64,000 nt of DNA from Selaginella moellendorffii. Taxonomy: Eukaryota > Plantae > Lycopodiophyta. A program made the translations under genes and the position numbers. Positions 1-12,995 of this stretch are shown here, one piece after another (positions within the stretch are counted from its first letter, which is position 1; each line of letters begins with the position of its first letter). The DNA is taken from positions 1,540,454-1,604,453 of the forward strand of contig NW_003314290.1 of the NCBI RefSeq assembly GCF_000143415.4, read 5' to 3'. The notes beneath the pieces are model-generated. The model had not been told where the DNA came from. It ran no database searches and worked only from the letters and a program-made list of their open reading frames with translations.

Positions 1-1897
1 TTAAGCTATAGATAAGCACGGAGGGAATCTTCAAAGTACTGATGATGCGTGAGCTCGTTTTTCTTTGGTGCATGAATGAAGCCACGAAGTCGAGCAAGCA
101 AGCAGCAAGGGATACAGCTTATAAAACAAGAAATCGCCTCGATCCAAAAGACCGGGCTTGAAACATCCGAGATTCCGGTTGATTCGATCGATCCAGCCAG
201 GAGGAGCCCCGCAAGAACGAGACACTACGTACAACATTGATCGCATAGAAAATGAGTTTCGATTCGTTACTGATATTAATCTTGTCTCATCGTGATCATT
301 GCTTTGGGTTCTCGTGGATTGTATCAAACAACATGATAATCCCCAGGGCGACCTTTTCAAATTCAAAGCCAGCAAAAGATACGCTCAAACACCAATCTAG
401 TAACATGTGCGGCCAGATAGTCTTTGTGTACAAACTGAGCAAAAACACTTAAAAAATGATTAGTTTAAAAGGATCATGACATGTTCCACCCCAACCAAGT
501 CCCTCCTCCCCAAAGCCACTTTGTTTTCTTGTTTTCTAGCTTTAGGGCAGTGTGCATGCACGAGGCCGCCACCTTTTCGCACTTCCATGGGTCAAGATTT
601 GTATACAATAGAGGAAGAAACTCCTTAACAGGAATGTGGACTGGAAGCTTGAACGAGAGAACCTCTCCGCCTTTATAAAGTTGACGCAGCACAAGCCCCA
701 CCATTTTTGCGGTAAGTGCGAGGCGAGGGCATCTCAGGAATCCTCGAAAAAGAGAACACTGCAAGTCCAAAAGCGCTTACTTTTTTACCCCTTCAAACGA
801 AGAATAATAACAATCACAAATGGAGGCTGATTAATAATAATACATGCTTCTGAGGTCTTTTGGCGCCCACCTGGAGGCATAAGACCACTTTGATTAAAAT
901 CGACCATATGATGTTTCTAGAGCCGGTGCCCGAATATTCGCCATGGCCGGGTCAGTTTTTTGGTCACCAAAAGCGACAGTGCAAAAAATAAAAAAATTGG
1001 AGCGGTACGGAAGGCGTGCATTTACCGCGGACAACGACGGAGTTTAAACTTGAAATTTCATCTTGCAAGGTAAAATAATATGGATCAACTTGGTGATAAG
1101 TACTTCGGTACTTAGTAAAAGAGAAGGAGAGGGGCTTTTCTTCCGTCACGACACACACACACTTACACCCGCAGAGCTTCCAAGCATTGTCGGATTGGTT
1201 TTAGGGATCCGCGTTTTCTCGCGCAGGCCTCCCGTGATCTAGAGTCGCGATTCGCAAGGCGCGGATTTTCTCCTCCCCGGCGCCCTAGCGGATGCAGCGG
1301 ATTGGAGAGGAGGGGTGGGGGATGCGCGGCGCCAGCGCCGGCGGCTTAGATCACTCCAGCTCTAGCTCGGTGGGTGTTCTTCCTTTTCTATCGATCTCTC
1401 TCTCTCGCTCGCGCTCTCTCTGTTCTTTTGATGCTTTCTTGCTTGCATTCGGGTCGTGAATCTAAATGCTGGTTCCCCCAATTTGGTAGTGCTAGAGGAT
1501 GTGGATGCCTCTCGCAATTCCGGGAAAAGCCCCAAATCTTGGAGCGAGTGTGAGTGTGAGAGAGTAGTTGCGTATAGGAAAGTGTGAAAGATTATAGAGC
1601 TTTCCTCGCTCGTCTAGTCCTCCTTGCCACATTCTAGAAAGATTTCTAGCTTGCTAGCATGCAAGCGATCTGGTGTGAGATGTGAAAGCAAAAAAAAAAA
1701 AAAAGTGAGAGAGCTATTTTTATTTTTTCCTTTTCATTTTTATTCAACAGGTTGTGGTCATTTTAATTTGTCTTTCTTTTTTTTTAAAAAAAGTTTTATT
1801 GTGTTGGTTTTACTGACATGATGAAGATCCATTTGGTTGTTACAGACGTGAAGAGCCAAGAGAATCCATTTCCAGAGGAAGGAAGAAACAAGAGGCA

Positions 1898-2459
1898 ATG
1901 GACGAAGAATCGTCAAAGCAGTTCTCGTTGGATTTGAGCTTGAGAACAGGCGACTCGGACGGAGCAATGGCATCGACAGTAACAGTGTTTAGGAGGAGCA
2001 GCAGCAGCGACGAGCAACAGCAGCAACTACAGCACTTCCACCACCATCAACAACAACAGCAGCAGCAGCAGCAGCAGCAGAGCTCGAGTAACTTCCTTTC
2101 GGTCGATCGATCGTCCGTGGGGTACAACATGTTCCAGCAGCAGCAAAGCTTGATGGAGGAAGACAGTCCCCTTGACGAAGATCACAGCGACGAGATAGTC
2201 GGGGACAACGAGCTCAAGGCGAGCGAGTGGGTCTCTCCAAGCTCTAGCTCGGATCGAGGGGGCGGAGGAGGAACAGCGACGCCTCCTCCGTCGACCACCA
2301 CCATGCTCGATGGCGCCGGCAGCGGCGTGCAGGGGTCGGAGCCCAGGCAATTCGCCTGCACTTACTGCCAGCGGAAGTTCCCGAGCTCGCAAGCTCTCGG
2401 CGGCCACCAGAACGCGCACAAGCGGGAGCGCACCGCGGCACGGAGGATCCAGCGGTGTG

Positions 2460-2494
<35 letters not shown>

Positions 2495-3160
2495 GCGGCG
2501 GCGGCGTCGAGCACCATAACCAGCAGGTTCACGGGCCTCGGCCAGCCAAACTTTGGAGCTTTGCACCATCACCACTTTGGTCACGGAGGAGGAGGAGGAG
2601 GAGGAGCTGGAGGAGGAGCTGGAGGAGGAGGCGGAGGAGGAGGAGTTTCTTCCAGTGGAGTGACTTTGAGTCGATCGCTATGCTTGCAAGCTCACTCCGG
2701 TAACCACAAGACCTCTCCACAAGGCGTTCTCTCGGACGCTTCCGCCATTCAAACCAGCGTTGGAAACGGTCTCAGCGTCACCAACGCGAGCTCTACGTCG
2801 CAGCTCCCGCAGGGACACCATGGCTGGTCCAAGCCTTTCATCTCGACGCAGCCGGGGGTGGGGAAGTGCGTTGCACCCGAGATGATTGGAAAGTTTGGAC
2901 GAGGCGTGGGTGCCAAGTTCAACGATATGTCCGGGGGTGGCGGTGCCGCTGGTTTCGGATTCGATGATGCGATGAGCAGCAGCAAGAGATGGCCGGGGAG
3001 TTTTCACTTCCTTCCCAGCAGCACCGCAGACCAAGTTCTTCACGCGGCCGCTACTGCCGCCGCCGCCAGCAATTCGGGAAGTTTCCAAAGATGTGTTGTC
3101 CAGAACCCGGGACTCCAATGGGAAGAGTCGTCGCCGCTCGATCTCTCGCTACATCTCTAG
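1898..3160 (+). CDS. Single C2H2 zinc-finger transcriptional repressor (ZFP/GIS-like, QALGGH type)
   Basis: Intronless 420-aa ORF with [30 protein letters not shown] motifs at both ends (LDLSL; LDLSLHL-stop). Poly-Q/A/G tracts. Confidence 0.93.
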
Positions 3161-4355
3161 AGGTTTTTTTCTTCTTTTTGCTTTTTTGCTTTCTAGCTCT
3201 CTCATGCTTGGCTTTTCTTCAGACAGTTTTTTCATGCGGATCACACAGCCAGAGACGATAGAGATGGTCAGTGTGAAAAATCGGTATCCGTCCCCGCTGT
3301 AATTTTTTTTTCCTTTTTTTCTGCTTTTCTTTTTTCTTGTCACTCTTTGGTTTATGAGCTGGTCTTTTTTTTTCTTATGTTTGTCTAAGGTGTACACTAT
3401 TTTACGTAGCTAGCAGTGTGAAAGAGAGCCATTTGATGTGAATTTGGATAGTGCGGAGACATCCTCCTTTCTCTGAAATACAAGAGCGTCGTTATCAGTT
3501 CCATTTCGAGGTGATGTTCTTGCCAGTGTTCTTCACTATACGGTGAGATTCGTTTTAAGCCTCTGCTGTCTGTTTCTCTAGAGGCAGCGGGCTTTAAAAA
3601 ATCGCTCGCGTCGCCATAGCTCCGGTACAAACCAGTCGAGATCTTCTCACTCACTTTGTGTGTGAACGACGCTAGAGCTGATGGAGATATGGAGACTTTG
3701 GAGTGATGCCAAGTGTGCTTGAATCCTTCGTATCATCTATATAGTTTTTTCTTTTCGGTTCTGTTGGGAAGTGAAGTACTTTGTAATGCAAACACTGGCG
3801 CCATGGCTGCCAGAGCTCAAAGTTATGAGCACGGCTTTGATTCGGTTCCTTTGCAATGAATTTATAGATCTTTTTTTTCTTTCTTTTCTCTCTGGGGTTT
3901 TTGTTGGAAGCAATCAAGTTGACGAAGATGGGCGCGAGTACTTTGTAGCGCTTGTTTGTTTTTGCCTTAAACCCAACACTAGTTCCTACTCCACACAAAA
4001 AGGGCCCTCTTTGGATGGAGTGTACAAGCAAACACTGGAATCACTCACACTCGTCACTGTCTCTAGCTGTTGACAATCACTTCCATCACGCGCCAAAAAA
4101 CCATCTCTCGCTGCTTTCACTGTGTTGGAAATCGACAGCACTGCGAGCGGCGCGCGCCAAAACGAACAAGGAACCAAAACAGCCCTAACTTTAATGCCTA
4201 TCTGACACGTGGACGTACACGCGTCGGAAGCGGAAGAGGGGCCCTAGATTCTCGCCGACCGTGGCCAGACACGTGGCTATCTGGATAAGATTCTCTACAA
4301 AGAAAAGAATTTTTCCTTTACACTTACCTCTTGTAAAAATTTTGTTGTGTCCGTG

Positions 4356-6782
4356 TCAGGGATCGAACGTCGGACCTTGCTTCGTTCCTCCCCACGACGC
4401 CTCGTATACGAGGCGCGGTAGAGCGCTTCTGTATGGATCCTGGCCTCGCTTTTGGAGCAAGTAGGAGATCCCCAACTCCACCTGGGTTTTTACTTTGAGG
4501 TAGAGAGAATCTGCGTGTTTTCGCTCTTGGATCCCTGGAAGAACTCGAGCATTAGAAAGGAAGAAGCGAAAGTTTCGCTGGATCTTACCAGCAGTGGAGA
4601 TTGGAGCTCCAAACAAGCAGTAGAATCGGCCAGGAACTTTGGGAGCGAAAACTGGAAGGTAGAGAGGCTGGTTTGCTACTTCGCCAGCTGATTTAGGCCT
4701 GGAAGAACAAGAATGTTCACGTAAAAAATACCATCTTTTCCTACCTGAAGTTGGAGTCCGTTGTGAGTACTAGCCGATCTTTCAAGAAGAAATTGCTCCT
4801 TATGTCATCGTAGTCCATCAAGAGCTGGAAAACGAGACGAATCACACTTAACTTTGAGCATGCGATTGCATGGACTTAATTACCTCAACCATGTCATCTT
4901 CGCCAACGCAGCTGAAAGGAATTATGGTGGCACCGAAACGCGCAGCCATTCGGACAAACTCGGACTGTTCTGGCCAAAAGAGCTTGTATTCCTCTCCCTG
5001 GGAAAAAAATCCAGATGGTAAGTTGACAAAGAAAAGAAGAGATAAATACCATACCCTTCTATGCAAAGCCTCGCGAGCACCACCCGGATAGAGAAGAACC
5101 GAGTGTTTACTGGATAGAAGCTTGTAAAAATTCTTTCCAGTGACGGGTGTAGCACCAAAGAGACCGATCTGATCGATGAAGCCTTGGTCCGAGTACTCGG
5201 AGTGGAACCTGTGGGAGAAGAGCAAAGGATGTGCCAGGCCTCGGGCGAGCAGCTTCTTTTGTTTGTAAATCTCCCCGACGATGAGTGAGAGCTCCAGCCC
5301 CATGAGCATATGGTTGCCTACGAAAAGAAGTGGCTCCTCGTCGGGTATAGCGGACAGGTCTTTGATTACTTGGCCGTTTTTATCAGTTGACAAGAACACG
5401 GGGCTCACAAGGTGGCGAAGAGTCCTGCGAAAAAAGAAAGAAAGAAAGAAAAAAGAGCAAGAGAAAGTAGAGGAAAAGAGAAACGATCAATCAGCATTCA
5501 CAGCTACTAGTGATTTGCTACTACCTTGTGCTTTCATATTGTCGATGAAACTCCTCTTTGGTAGGCAAAACGTAGTCTTTGACAATGTCTCGCTCTTTTG
5601 ATCTTCTATACATCAGCGCGGATTTTATGGTGGTAGCCAAGCTGGGACCATCTTCCTGTCAAGCTCTATCAGTTTCAAAGCACGAAAAGTGTTAGAAAAC
5701 AAACGGGACAAACCAGAAGTAGCGTGTGGCCGCTGTCTTTGAAAATTCGGACTCTACAATTCTTTAGAGCAGCTTTCAATCGCTTCGCTTCCTCAGCGCT
5801 TGGCAGCATCTGGTCTTTCATGCTACAGAAAACAGAGGAGGATATATAAAAGAAAACGCCCACTTGATTAAACCAAACCTTGCGAGAACCAAAACTTCCG
5901 CCTTGACGGCATGCAGCCTCGAGTTTGCGTACAAGGCCCCCGCCCGGATGAGTTTTAGCTTCCAGCCGAGCGAGCTCTTGGGAATTATTCGGCCCAAGCC
6001 CTTGCATTCGCAAGAGAAAAGATCAAAATCAAACTCGAAGGTCCACAAACTTTCGAGGAGGAACTCACCGGTAGTGTTGGAAGCATATCGACCAAAGAGT
6101 CGGCAACTTTCTGTGATCTTTCAAATGGCTGCTGTAAGTCTTTTGGGACTTTGGCAGAAGCCATGCGAACAGGATCACCTGAAAGAGACAAAAAGATTAA
6201 TTTGTAAAACAAAGCTTGGATCGTACCCATTGTGAAGCTGAGGAGGTATGGAACATAGTGGAACGCCTCCTCGGGAACTAAATCCAAGACTGGAAATAGA
6301 GGTTGAAGCGGAGATCTTTGAATGGAGGTGGCTGGAACAGAAAAAAGGAAAAAGATCGATTCAAAAGAAGGAAAAAAACTGGTTTTTTCTTTAGACTTGT
6401 CTTACCAGGGTTGACAAGGATGAGGACGAGATCGAGCGAAGGATTCCGTGCAGCCACCGCCAACGCCAATGTAGCTCCAAACGAGTCACCCACGAGAAAA
6501 ATGGGCCTGCCGGGATGGAGTCCGTGCTCCGCCTTGACTGCGCCTTCCACTAGCTCCAGCAGTCCTAGAAAAAACGAAACCAAAGGCAACCTAAAGTTCA
6601 AGGAAAATATGAACATTTTTCAAACGTCAAAGGACAAAAAGTAGAGAAAAGTTGCGAAAGCAAAGAAGAAAAAAGTTTCTACCTTCGAAGGGAGTGCGGT
6701 CCATGACTGGAATGTGGAGGCATCTCACCTCAAACAGCCTGGAATTCAAAGAGAAGTTTTTTCTCAGATGATCGAGCAGAAA

Positions 6783-6825
<43 letters not shown>

Positions 6826-7476
6826 GAGAGAGTTTTTCTTGGTTTATGGATCAAGAGAGACATACGGTGCTAGTGTTTCGTGATGGAGGATGAGACCAAG
6901 GCCAGTGCCATCCATGCCTGGAATCACAACGCTAGAAACCAAAGTCAGTCAAGGAACCAGTTTTTAAACGGAATGAAAGTACAGCCTCTCATTCCGTTAA
7001 AAATCTGAGCAAGTAGTACCTGGAATGAAGAGCAGCAGTGGAGAAGAATCTGCCAAAATCTTGGAGGACGACGAAGGAGAAGAAGATGGCGATGGCGAAT
7101 TGAGAGGACAGAACCAGCGAGGAGGGCCGCCATCGGCGCATTTAATCAGCTCCAGTGACTGCTCCATGTAGTCGTGGATGCTTGTGGGAACTTTTTCGTC
7201 TTCCTCCTCCTCTTTTTCTTCCTCTTTCCGTTCGTCCCAGGAGGAATTTGGAGGTGGGATCCTGCTCTTGCCGGGAATTCTCTCGCGGAAGCTGCCGTTG
7301 CCATTGATCTTGAGCTTCTTCTTGTCGTGTGGACTGTCGAATTCGTCGGTGATGTTGGGCTTTGTGTCGGTCACCATAGCCGCCTTGACGATCCCGCGGG
7401 TGAAGAGCTTGGCACCAAAACGAGATCTGGAGCTGCCACCGAGATTTACTCCCGGCATTGGAATCGCTCCAGCCAT
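4356..7476 (-). CDS. Esterase/lipase/thioesterase-family acyltransferase (phytyl ester synthase-like), multi-exon, plastid transit-like N-terminus
   Basis: Exons encode DGGPPRWFCP, LHIPVMDRTPFEG, IFLVGDSFG (GxSxG), FVGNHMLMGLE, LLYPGGAREALH, FVRMAARFGATIIPF and C-terminal DPYRSALPRLVYEA. GT-AG introns. Confidence 0.9.
6786..6832. repeat. (GA)n microsatellite in intron
   Basis: Run of GA dinucleotides with one interruption. Confidence 0.9.
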
Positions 7477-8660
7477 CTCTTCTGCCCTTGGATGAACAGG
7501 AAGATCAACACAGAAAAAAAGAAGAAAGAACTAGGTATGCTATCTCACTAGCATCTCTCTCTCTACCTAGAACACGAAGAACTTGGGATGGATGTGTGTG
7601 CCTAATTTCAACTTCATAATCGTATACTGCACGGACGATTCATGATCGTGTCACTCACATGTCCAAACAATCTTTTTCTCTCTCTCTCTTTTCCGAGTTT
7701 TAAAATCGTTTTAGTTCGTAATTTTCTTTTGCATCGCTTGCATCACTTGTTTCTATTTTGCTCGAACGGCGACCGGCAAGAGATTTGGCTGTGGCAGAGA
7801 ATGGAGATATGGCGGCTGCTAATTGCCCAGCCTTTTTAAAAGTTCCAGAATATGCAAACACACCTTTTCTTATTTTATTTTTCTTTTGCATTTTTTTGTG
7901 TGGGCGATGTTGTGCTTCATCGCTCCAATGCAAGCTTTACACATCACAATCAATCAATCAATCAATCAATTCAGGGCCAGTAAAAAAACTTGAGGGGAAA
8001 CAAGCAACCCCAGGAAAGAGGCAGAGTGAATGAAAGCTAGCATCTGTTAAGAAACACGAGCTCAAAAACTTTAGGGCTGGGAGGTGTTTTTGCTGCACTG
8101 CAAGCTAGCCCATGCCAGAATTTCTGGTGGTCCCTCAAATGTGAGAGATCACACCCCACAACAGCCCACCCACAAGGAATTAATGTGCAATGCTTCCAAG
8201 GGAATAGAATGGTTTTTGGCACTGTCACAAGATTGTTGCTGCCATGCACCATTGTCTTCTGTTATTCTCTTCACTCATCTTCTTTGTCAAACAAATGCTC
8301 TGCTGCTCTTCTCCTAGGCTAGGAGGATTTCCTGCCCAAAACTCCTATTTAAACTCTTTTCTCTGCTGAAGATATTTCTTGGGGACAGATGGTCTGACCT
8401 GACCAGCCCCTCTCCCTGCTCTGCTGCTCTTTCTGCTTGAATGATATGATGATAAAAGTTTGCTCTCCTGTCAATCCACCAGTGTAGCAGGTTGCTTGCC
8501 TCCTCTTCTCAGCACAAGACACACTGTTGCCAATCAATTCCCCTCCTCCAATCCAACTGGGAGCTTCCATCAATCAATTCCATCCTTGCTGGATCTTTTA
8601 TAAAAAGAGCACAAATATCTTCTATTCTAGAACTTTAAGAATAGGTAGGGGAGCATGTAA

Positions 8661-8734
8661 GTCTGGGTGGTGTAGTTGGTCATCACGCTAGTCTCACACA
8701 CTAGAGGTCCCCGGTTCGAACCCGGGCTCAGACA
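8661..8734 (+). tRNA. tRNA-Val(CAC)
   Basis: Acceptor stem GTCTGGG/CTCAGAC, anticodon arm CTAGT-CT CAC AC-ACTAG, T-arm CCCGG-TTCGAAC-CCGGG. Oligo-T Pol III terminator ~13 nt downstream. Confidence 0.96.
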
Positions 8735-9321
8735 TCAGTTGCAACGTTTTTTTATTATTTTGAAAATTCGCCAGCTCCAGTGATTACGATTTACGACTTG
8801 AGTTCCACACTATATGTGCTTTTACGCCGTGTGTCAAATTTCCAGTGGAATCTGGACCGGATATTTTGGAGGAAGAAACCCTGTCATACACGCCTACGAC
8901 TTGCCCCTCTAGTGGAGGAAGCTTCTATATTCTTCCAGAGCTACGAAGAATACCTCTGACTGAATATCAAGTGAATTTCCTAGCAGGAGCTGACCACGTT
9001 ATAGATATATTTTTGTAGTCTAAAGGAGAGTTCTAACAACTTTGGGTACTCTCCTCTCCATGTACATCCAGTCTCTGGAGCCTTCCTGGTAGATTGCTTG
9101 CTAGCTTCCAGACTGATAACTGTAATGTTTACTGTATTCTTATTACCTTTATTAGATTCAATATTAGTAAATTATAAAGTGTTAGAGTTATCTTTTTTAA
9201 TGCTAATAATTGTGGGTGATTATGTGACTTTGTGATATTTGGGGTTAAATGTCTTTGGGGTTGAGAAGTGGGTGGATTTTGGAATGTCCAAGCTCAGAAG
9301 TTTATATATGTTTAATAGTAC

Positions 9322-9451
9322 AATAGTTTGAGTGCATTCACTTGTGTAGATTGAAACCTTCTCTTAGATATCTTTAAACATATATATAATAGTTTAAGTG
9401 CATTCACTTGTGTAGATTGAAACATTCTTTTAGACATCTTTAAACACATAT
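9322..9451. repeat. 66-bp tandem duplication
   Basis: aatagttt(g/a)agtgcattcacttgtgtagattgaaac... starts at 9322 and again at 9388. Confidence 0.88.
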
Positions 9452-10775
9452 TTAGACATGTTAGCAATTATGATAATGCTTTTTAACAATTGTATTGTCT
9501 TTGTTAAGGGTCATTTAAGTTAATTATGTAATTTAGTATTTGATTCTAGAGTTTCTTGTATAGTGTTGAGTTGAATATATTGGAGTAAATTAAGTTAGGC
9601 ATGTTGTGGCTAACACCTTATCAAAACTTGTGGGACTTATGTATACACTTACTATAACACCCTTGGTGACATTTTTTAATTGGTATGATGTTATGAAACA
9701 TTACCTCTCCACTTATAAGTTGTATGTGCTTTAGCCCCACTTTCTATGGGAAATGATTATGTTCTAATAGATTTAATGTTGTTGTTATCTATATTCAAGA
9801 ATAAAGATAAAGATAAAATTATAGTTGTGATATTTACTATTAGACATGTGATGAAATTAGCCATAAATTGGCTTCACATCAATATTGTTGGCATTTCCTA
9901 AATTGATGTTTTCCATTTCTTAAGTGGAGACCTTAGTATCTTGTTGGTATTATTGTGATGGAAAGTTTTGACACATAGATTTGTTTTGGGAAATAAGAAG
10001 TTATATAAGTAATGAAAGGTATTTATGTAAATAAGTTAGTTCATCTTTCTTTTAGGAGTATCATTAAAAGGTTTATTCGACACCAATATTCACTTTCCAA
10101 GCTAATTTTATGACTAGAAATCTTTTGTTCTCCTCTCTATATTAGTTAATATAAGTTTGAGTTTATCTTCTATAACTTGATCTATTGTCACATGTTGTCT
10201 CCTATATTTGCATTATGGTGTAGAGCTAGTTTTGATTCTCTATAGTATATGTGAGATAAAATAAATTTTGTTGTATATATGGGTGTAGTATATATTTGTA
10301 TCTTACAGTGATTTACCATAGGATAACCATAAAGCAAAACTTAAACCCTCCATGTGCCATGTGTCATATGCCATGTGCCCAAGGACAATGGTGTAAAACT
10401 TGGGTATCAGGCCTTTAGCCACTGAATAAAAGAAAGGAGCCAAACTCCTAAGCATGGAGTTAAAAAGCAAAGGAATTAGAGCATAGAGTAACTCTTGAGC
10501 ATACAGTCCAAGGAATGAAGGGATAGAAGCATGAAATAACTTAGAACAGTCTTAAAGCAATTAACATCCTAATACTAAAACCAACACACAAAATGGAGTT
10601 AAACAGAGTTTGGTGCAATTTTAGCATACCAGTGGTCTAACCTGAGGATATGAGTACTCCACTAATTAACATGGCGTGGAACTTGGGTTTAAACCCAAGC
10701 CAGACATAAAACAAGGATAAACACACAAGTGAAAGTTAGATTATGCCTCAGGTTGGTCGGCCATGCCTAATATGG

Positions 10776-11563
10776 ACGAACTAGTGGGGTAACTTTTAAA
10801 AGCCAATAGGAGATTGAATGGCCAATGCTCCCAATCTAAGTGTGGGTGGAATCATCTACTTGGATATCAGGTGTGGCTCATCAAAACTTCACTCTCGCCA
10901 TATGGGTAGGACACCAAGATGCAGAAGGTGGGGAGAGTACCTATGAAGCTTGTGTTGAATTGTAGTGTTTTGAAATGTTATCCCAAAGTCCAAGATTATG
11001 AAAAAGAAGAAGAACAATCCTTTTGTGTAGTGACCAAGGATATAATCACGTGACAAAGAAGTCCCAGAAGTTAACGGAACTTAGTGGTCGGGCCTTCAAG
11101 CTCTAACCTAGTGGTAGTGTTGGCAAGCACAACTATAAATGGGAAACAATTTAATGGGGACCAAAGAAAGGATATTAAAGAAGGGTGTTCCTTATGTTTC
11201 TAGGTATTTTAAGAATGCTAAAATGTGGTCATGAGATAACCACTCATTGATGGATGGCCCAATCTTTGAGAGAGGAGACTATGGTATGAATGATCTTGGA
11301 TTACCCATAAGACAGAGGTGAATGGATATAGCTTTAGCGTAATAGGTTAATATGTCAATGGTACCTTTGGGTGTTTGTCGTGGGATTAAACATGTGGAGT
11401 ACTTGAACCAAGTGCAAAGACTAAGTGGCATAGATGCCATTCATGGGGCTAGCATGTCCTCAAGTTGGGAATAAAACTTATAGAAGTTGTAAGTGAAACT
11501 CGTTCAATTGGTTAAAGGGGTGGTTAAGTGACTAAAGTAAAATAGAAAATTTAGTTGTTTATA
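10776..11563 (+). mobile_element. Old LTR fragment homologous to the right half (~33421-34231) of the young solo LTR
   Basis: Collinear matches such as gtggttaagtgactaaagta(a/g)aat and agtggcat(a/g)gatgccatt. Ends ttagttgtttata versus ttagtcacttaca. Confidence 0.85.
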
Positions 11564-11789
11564 GAACTCTCACATATTGAGACTAGTCCCTTAATATTGC
11601 TAGATGATAGTTTACCATGTCTGCTAAACACCCTTGTTATTATGTGTTAGTTTTGGTTTGTCCCAATTGCTATTTATAGAAAGTGTTTATATTTGCTAAT
11701 TTGGTATAGCTACAAAATGTAAAGATTGTCCTAGGTCCCATGTCCAAATTCACAATTTAGTATCATTTAATATTTAGTATGTCTATAGT

Positions 11790-12449
11790 GGATATGTTCA
11801 CTCTAGTTTTGGACTTCACAATGGTTATATCATCACCCACCATATGGGTATAGCCTTCCTTGGTCACATTGGCCTTTTCTAGCTAAATTAGCCCTACTAG
11901 AGTCCTTCCCTTACTATACTTTTGGAGCTCACCAAACCCTTCAAGGTCTTGGAGACGATTAGTTTGGGTTTTTACTCTTGGATTCAGACTCAGGCCTGGT
12001 CTTGGTTTTAGTCTTAGTCCCCTCTTGGACTCGACCTTAAGCTCTATCTTAGGCTCCATCTCGAACTCCATCTCAAATCCATCTCAAACTTCATCTCAAA
12101 CTTCTTCTCGGACTTCATTTTAAATTCATTTCAGACTCTTTCTTAGACTCTATCTCGGGTCTATTTTGAACTCCTTCTCAAACCCCATCTCGGGTCCATC
12201 TTGAACTCGGTCCAGACACTTTCATGTGTTATTTATTGATCCTCTTGTATCACTTTTCTAGAGGTTTACTTATTAATCACTTTGTGTTTGTTCTTTGAGC
12301 ATTTTGTTGGGAGTTTCACTCCCATTCTTGGCATTTTGAGTAAGAGCTTTTTAGTCTAAACATGTTACTCTTGTTTAGCTTCCGCTTCAGCCACTACCAT
12401 GTGGCACTCTCTTAACTCCACATTAGGGCTTAGGGATTTGTGTTTCACA
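11790..12449 (-). mobile_element. Old LTR fragment homologous to the left half (32628-~33420) of the young solo LTR, opposite orientation
   Basis: Reverse complement starts TGTGAAACACAAATCCCTA (versus TGTGAGACACAAAATCCCTA). Retains gccacatggtagtggc, ggtgagctccaaaagtatagta and decayed gagatgga repeats. Confidence 0.88.
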
Positions 12450-12995
12450 AGTTTTTGTTAAACAAATGCAAAACAGAGCAAAATAGAATTAAAAGCCAAG
12501 CCAAGTATTTTAGTAAGAAACACATAAAAGTTCCTACTTTATATTCATTTGGCTAAGTATAGATGTTAAGCCCAGTTTACTAAGAGGGTCTAAAAAGGGA
12601 ATCAACAATAACAATCTTCTGTGATTGTGGCAGTAAGGAAAGAATATCCAAAATGACTAATTGATAATAAGTGATTTTGAACTTAAACTTCAATCATTAT
12701 AAGTGAAGTTTTAACCTCATCCTTAATATAGATTGATTGCAACAATTATGTCAAATATGACTTTGAAGATTATCCCCTTTGTTTTATATTTTTTTATTTG
12801 CTTAAGCAAACCTATAGGAGACCGGGATAGTAATGGATATACCTAAAATATGCTTGAATATTCTAGGATATTCTACTATCTAATGGTTGTTATTCATTTA
12901 TATAAATCTTGTATTTATAATTCATAAACATGTTTTATAATTTATAAAATTTCTTAAACCATTTCTAGTATATTCTTTTTGATTCTTTCATTGGC

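Larger units (their letters stand above)
8780..12960. mobile_element. AT-rich island of decayed LTR-retrotransposon sequence
   Basis: No long ORFs. Integrase-like relic near 9.87-9.9 kb (WLHINIVGI, resembling LHIDFVGP). Contains the two diverged LTR halves listed below. Confidence 0.65.

Noticed and set aside
915-945. miR171-like or snoRNA-like words
   Set aside because: Needs gaps to align. No hairpin or complete C/D box pair.
4203-4290. Two G-box/ABRE (GACACGTGG) motifs and GATAAG
   Set aside because: They lie between two 3' ends and no downstream gene could be assigned.
8009-8030. CCCAGGAAAGAGGCAGAGTG resembles a miR408 site or star strand
   Set aside because: Several mismatches, no matching mature arm or hairpin nearby, and no transcript evidence.
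8559-8580. GGGAGCTTCCATCAATCAAT resembles the miR159/319 complement
   Set aside because: 3-4 mismatches and no fold-back partner found.
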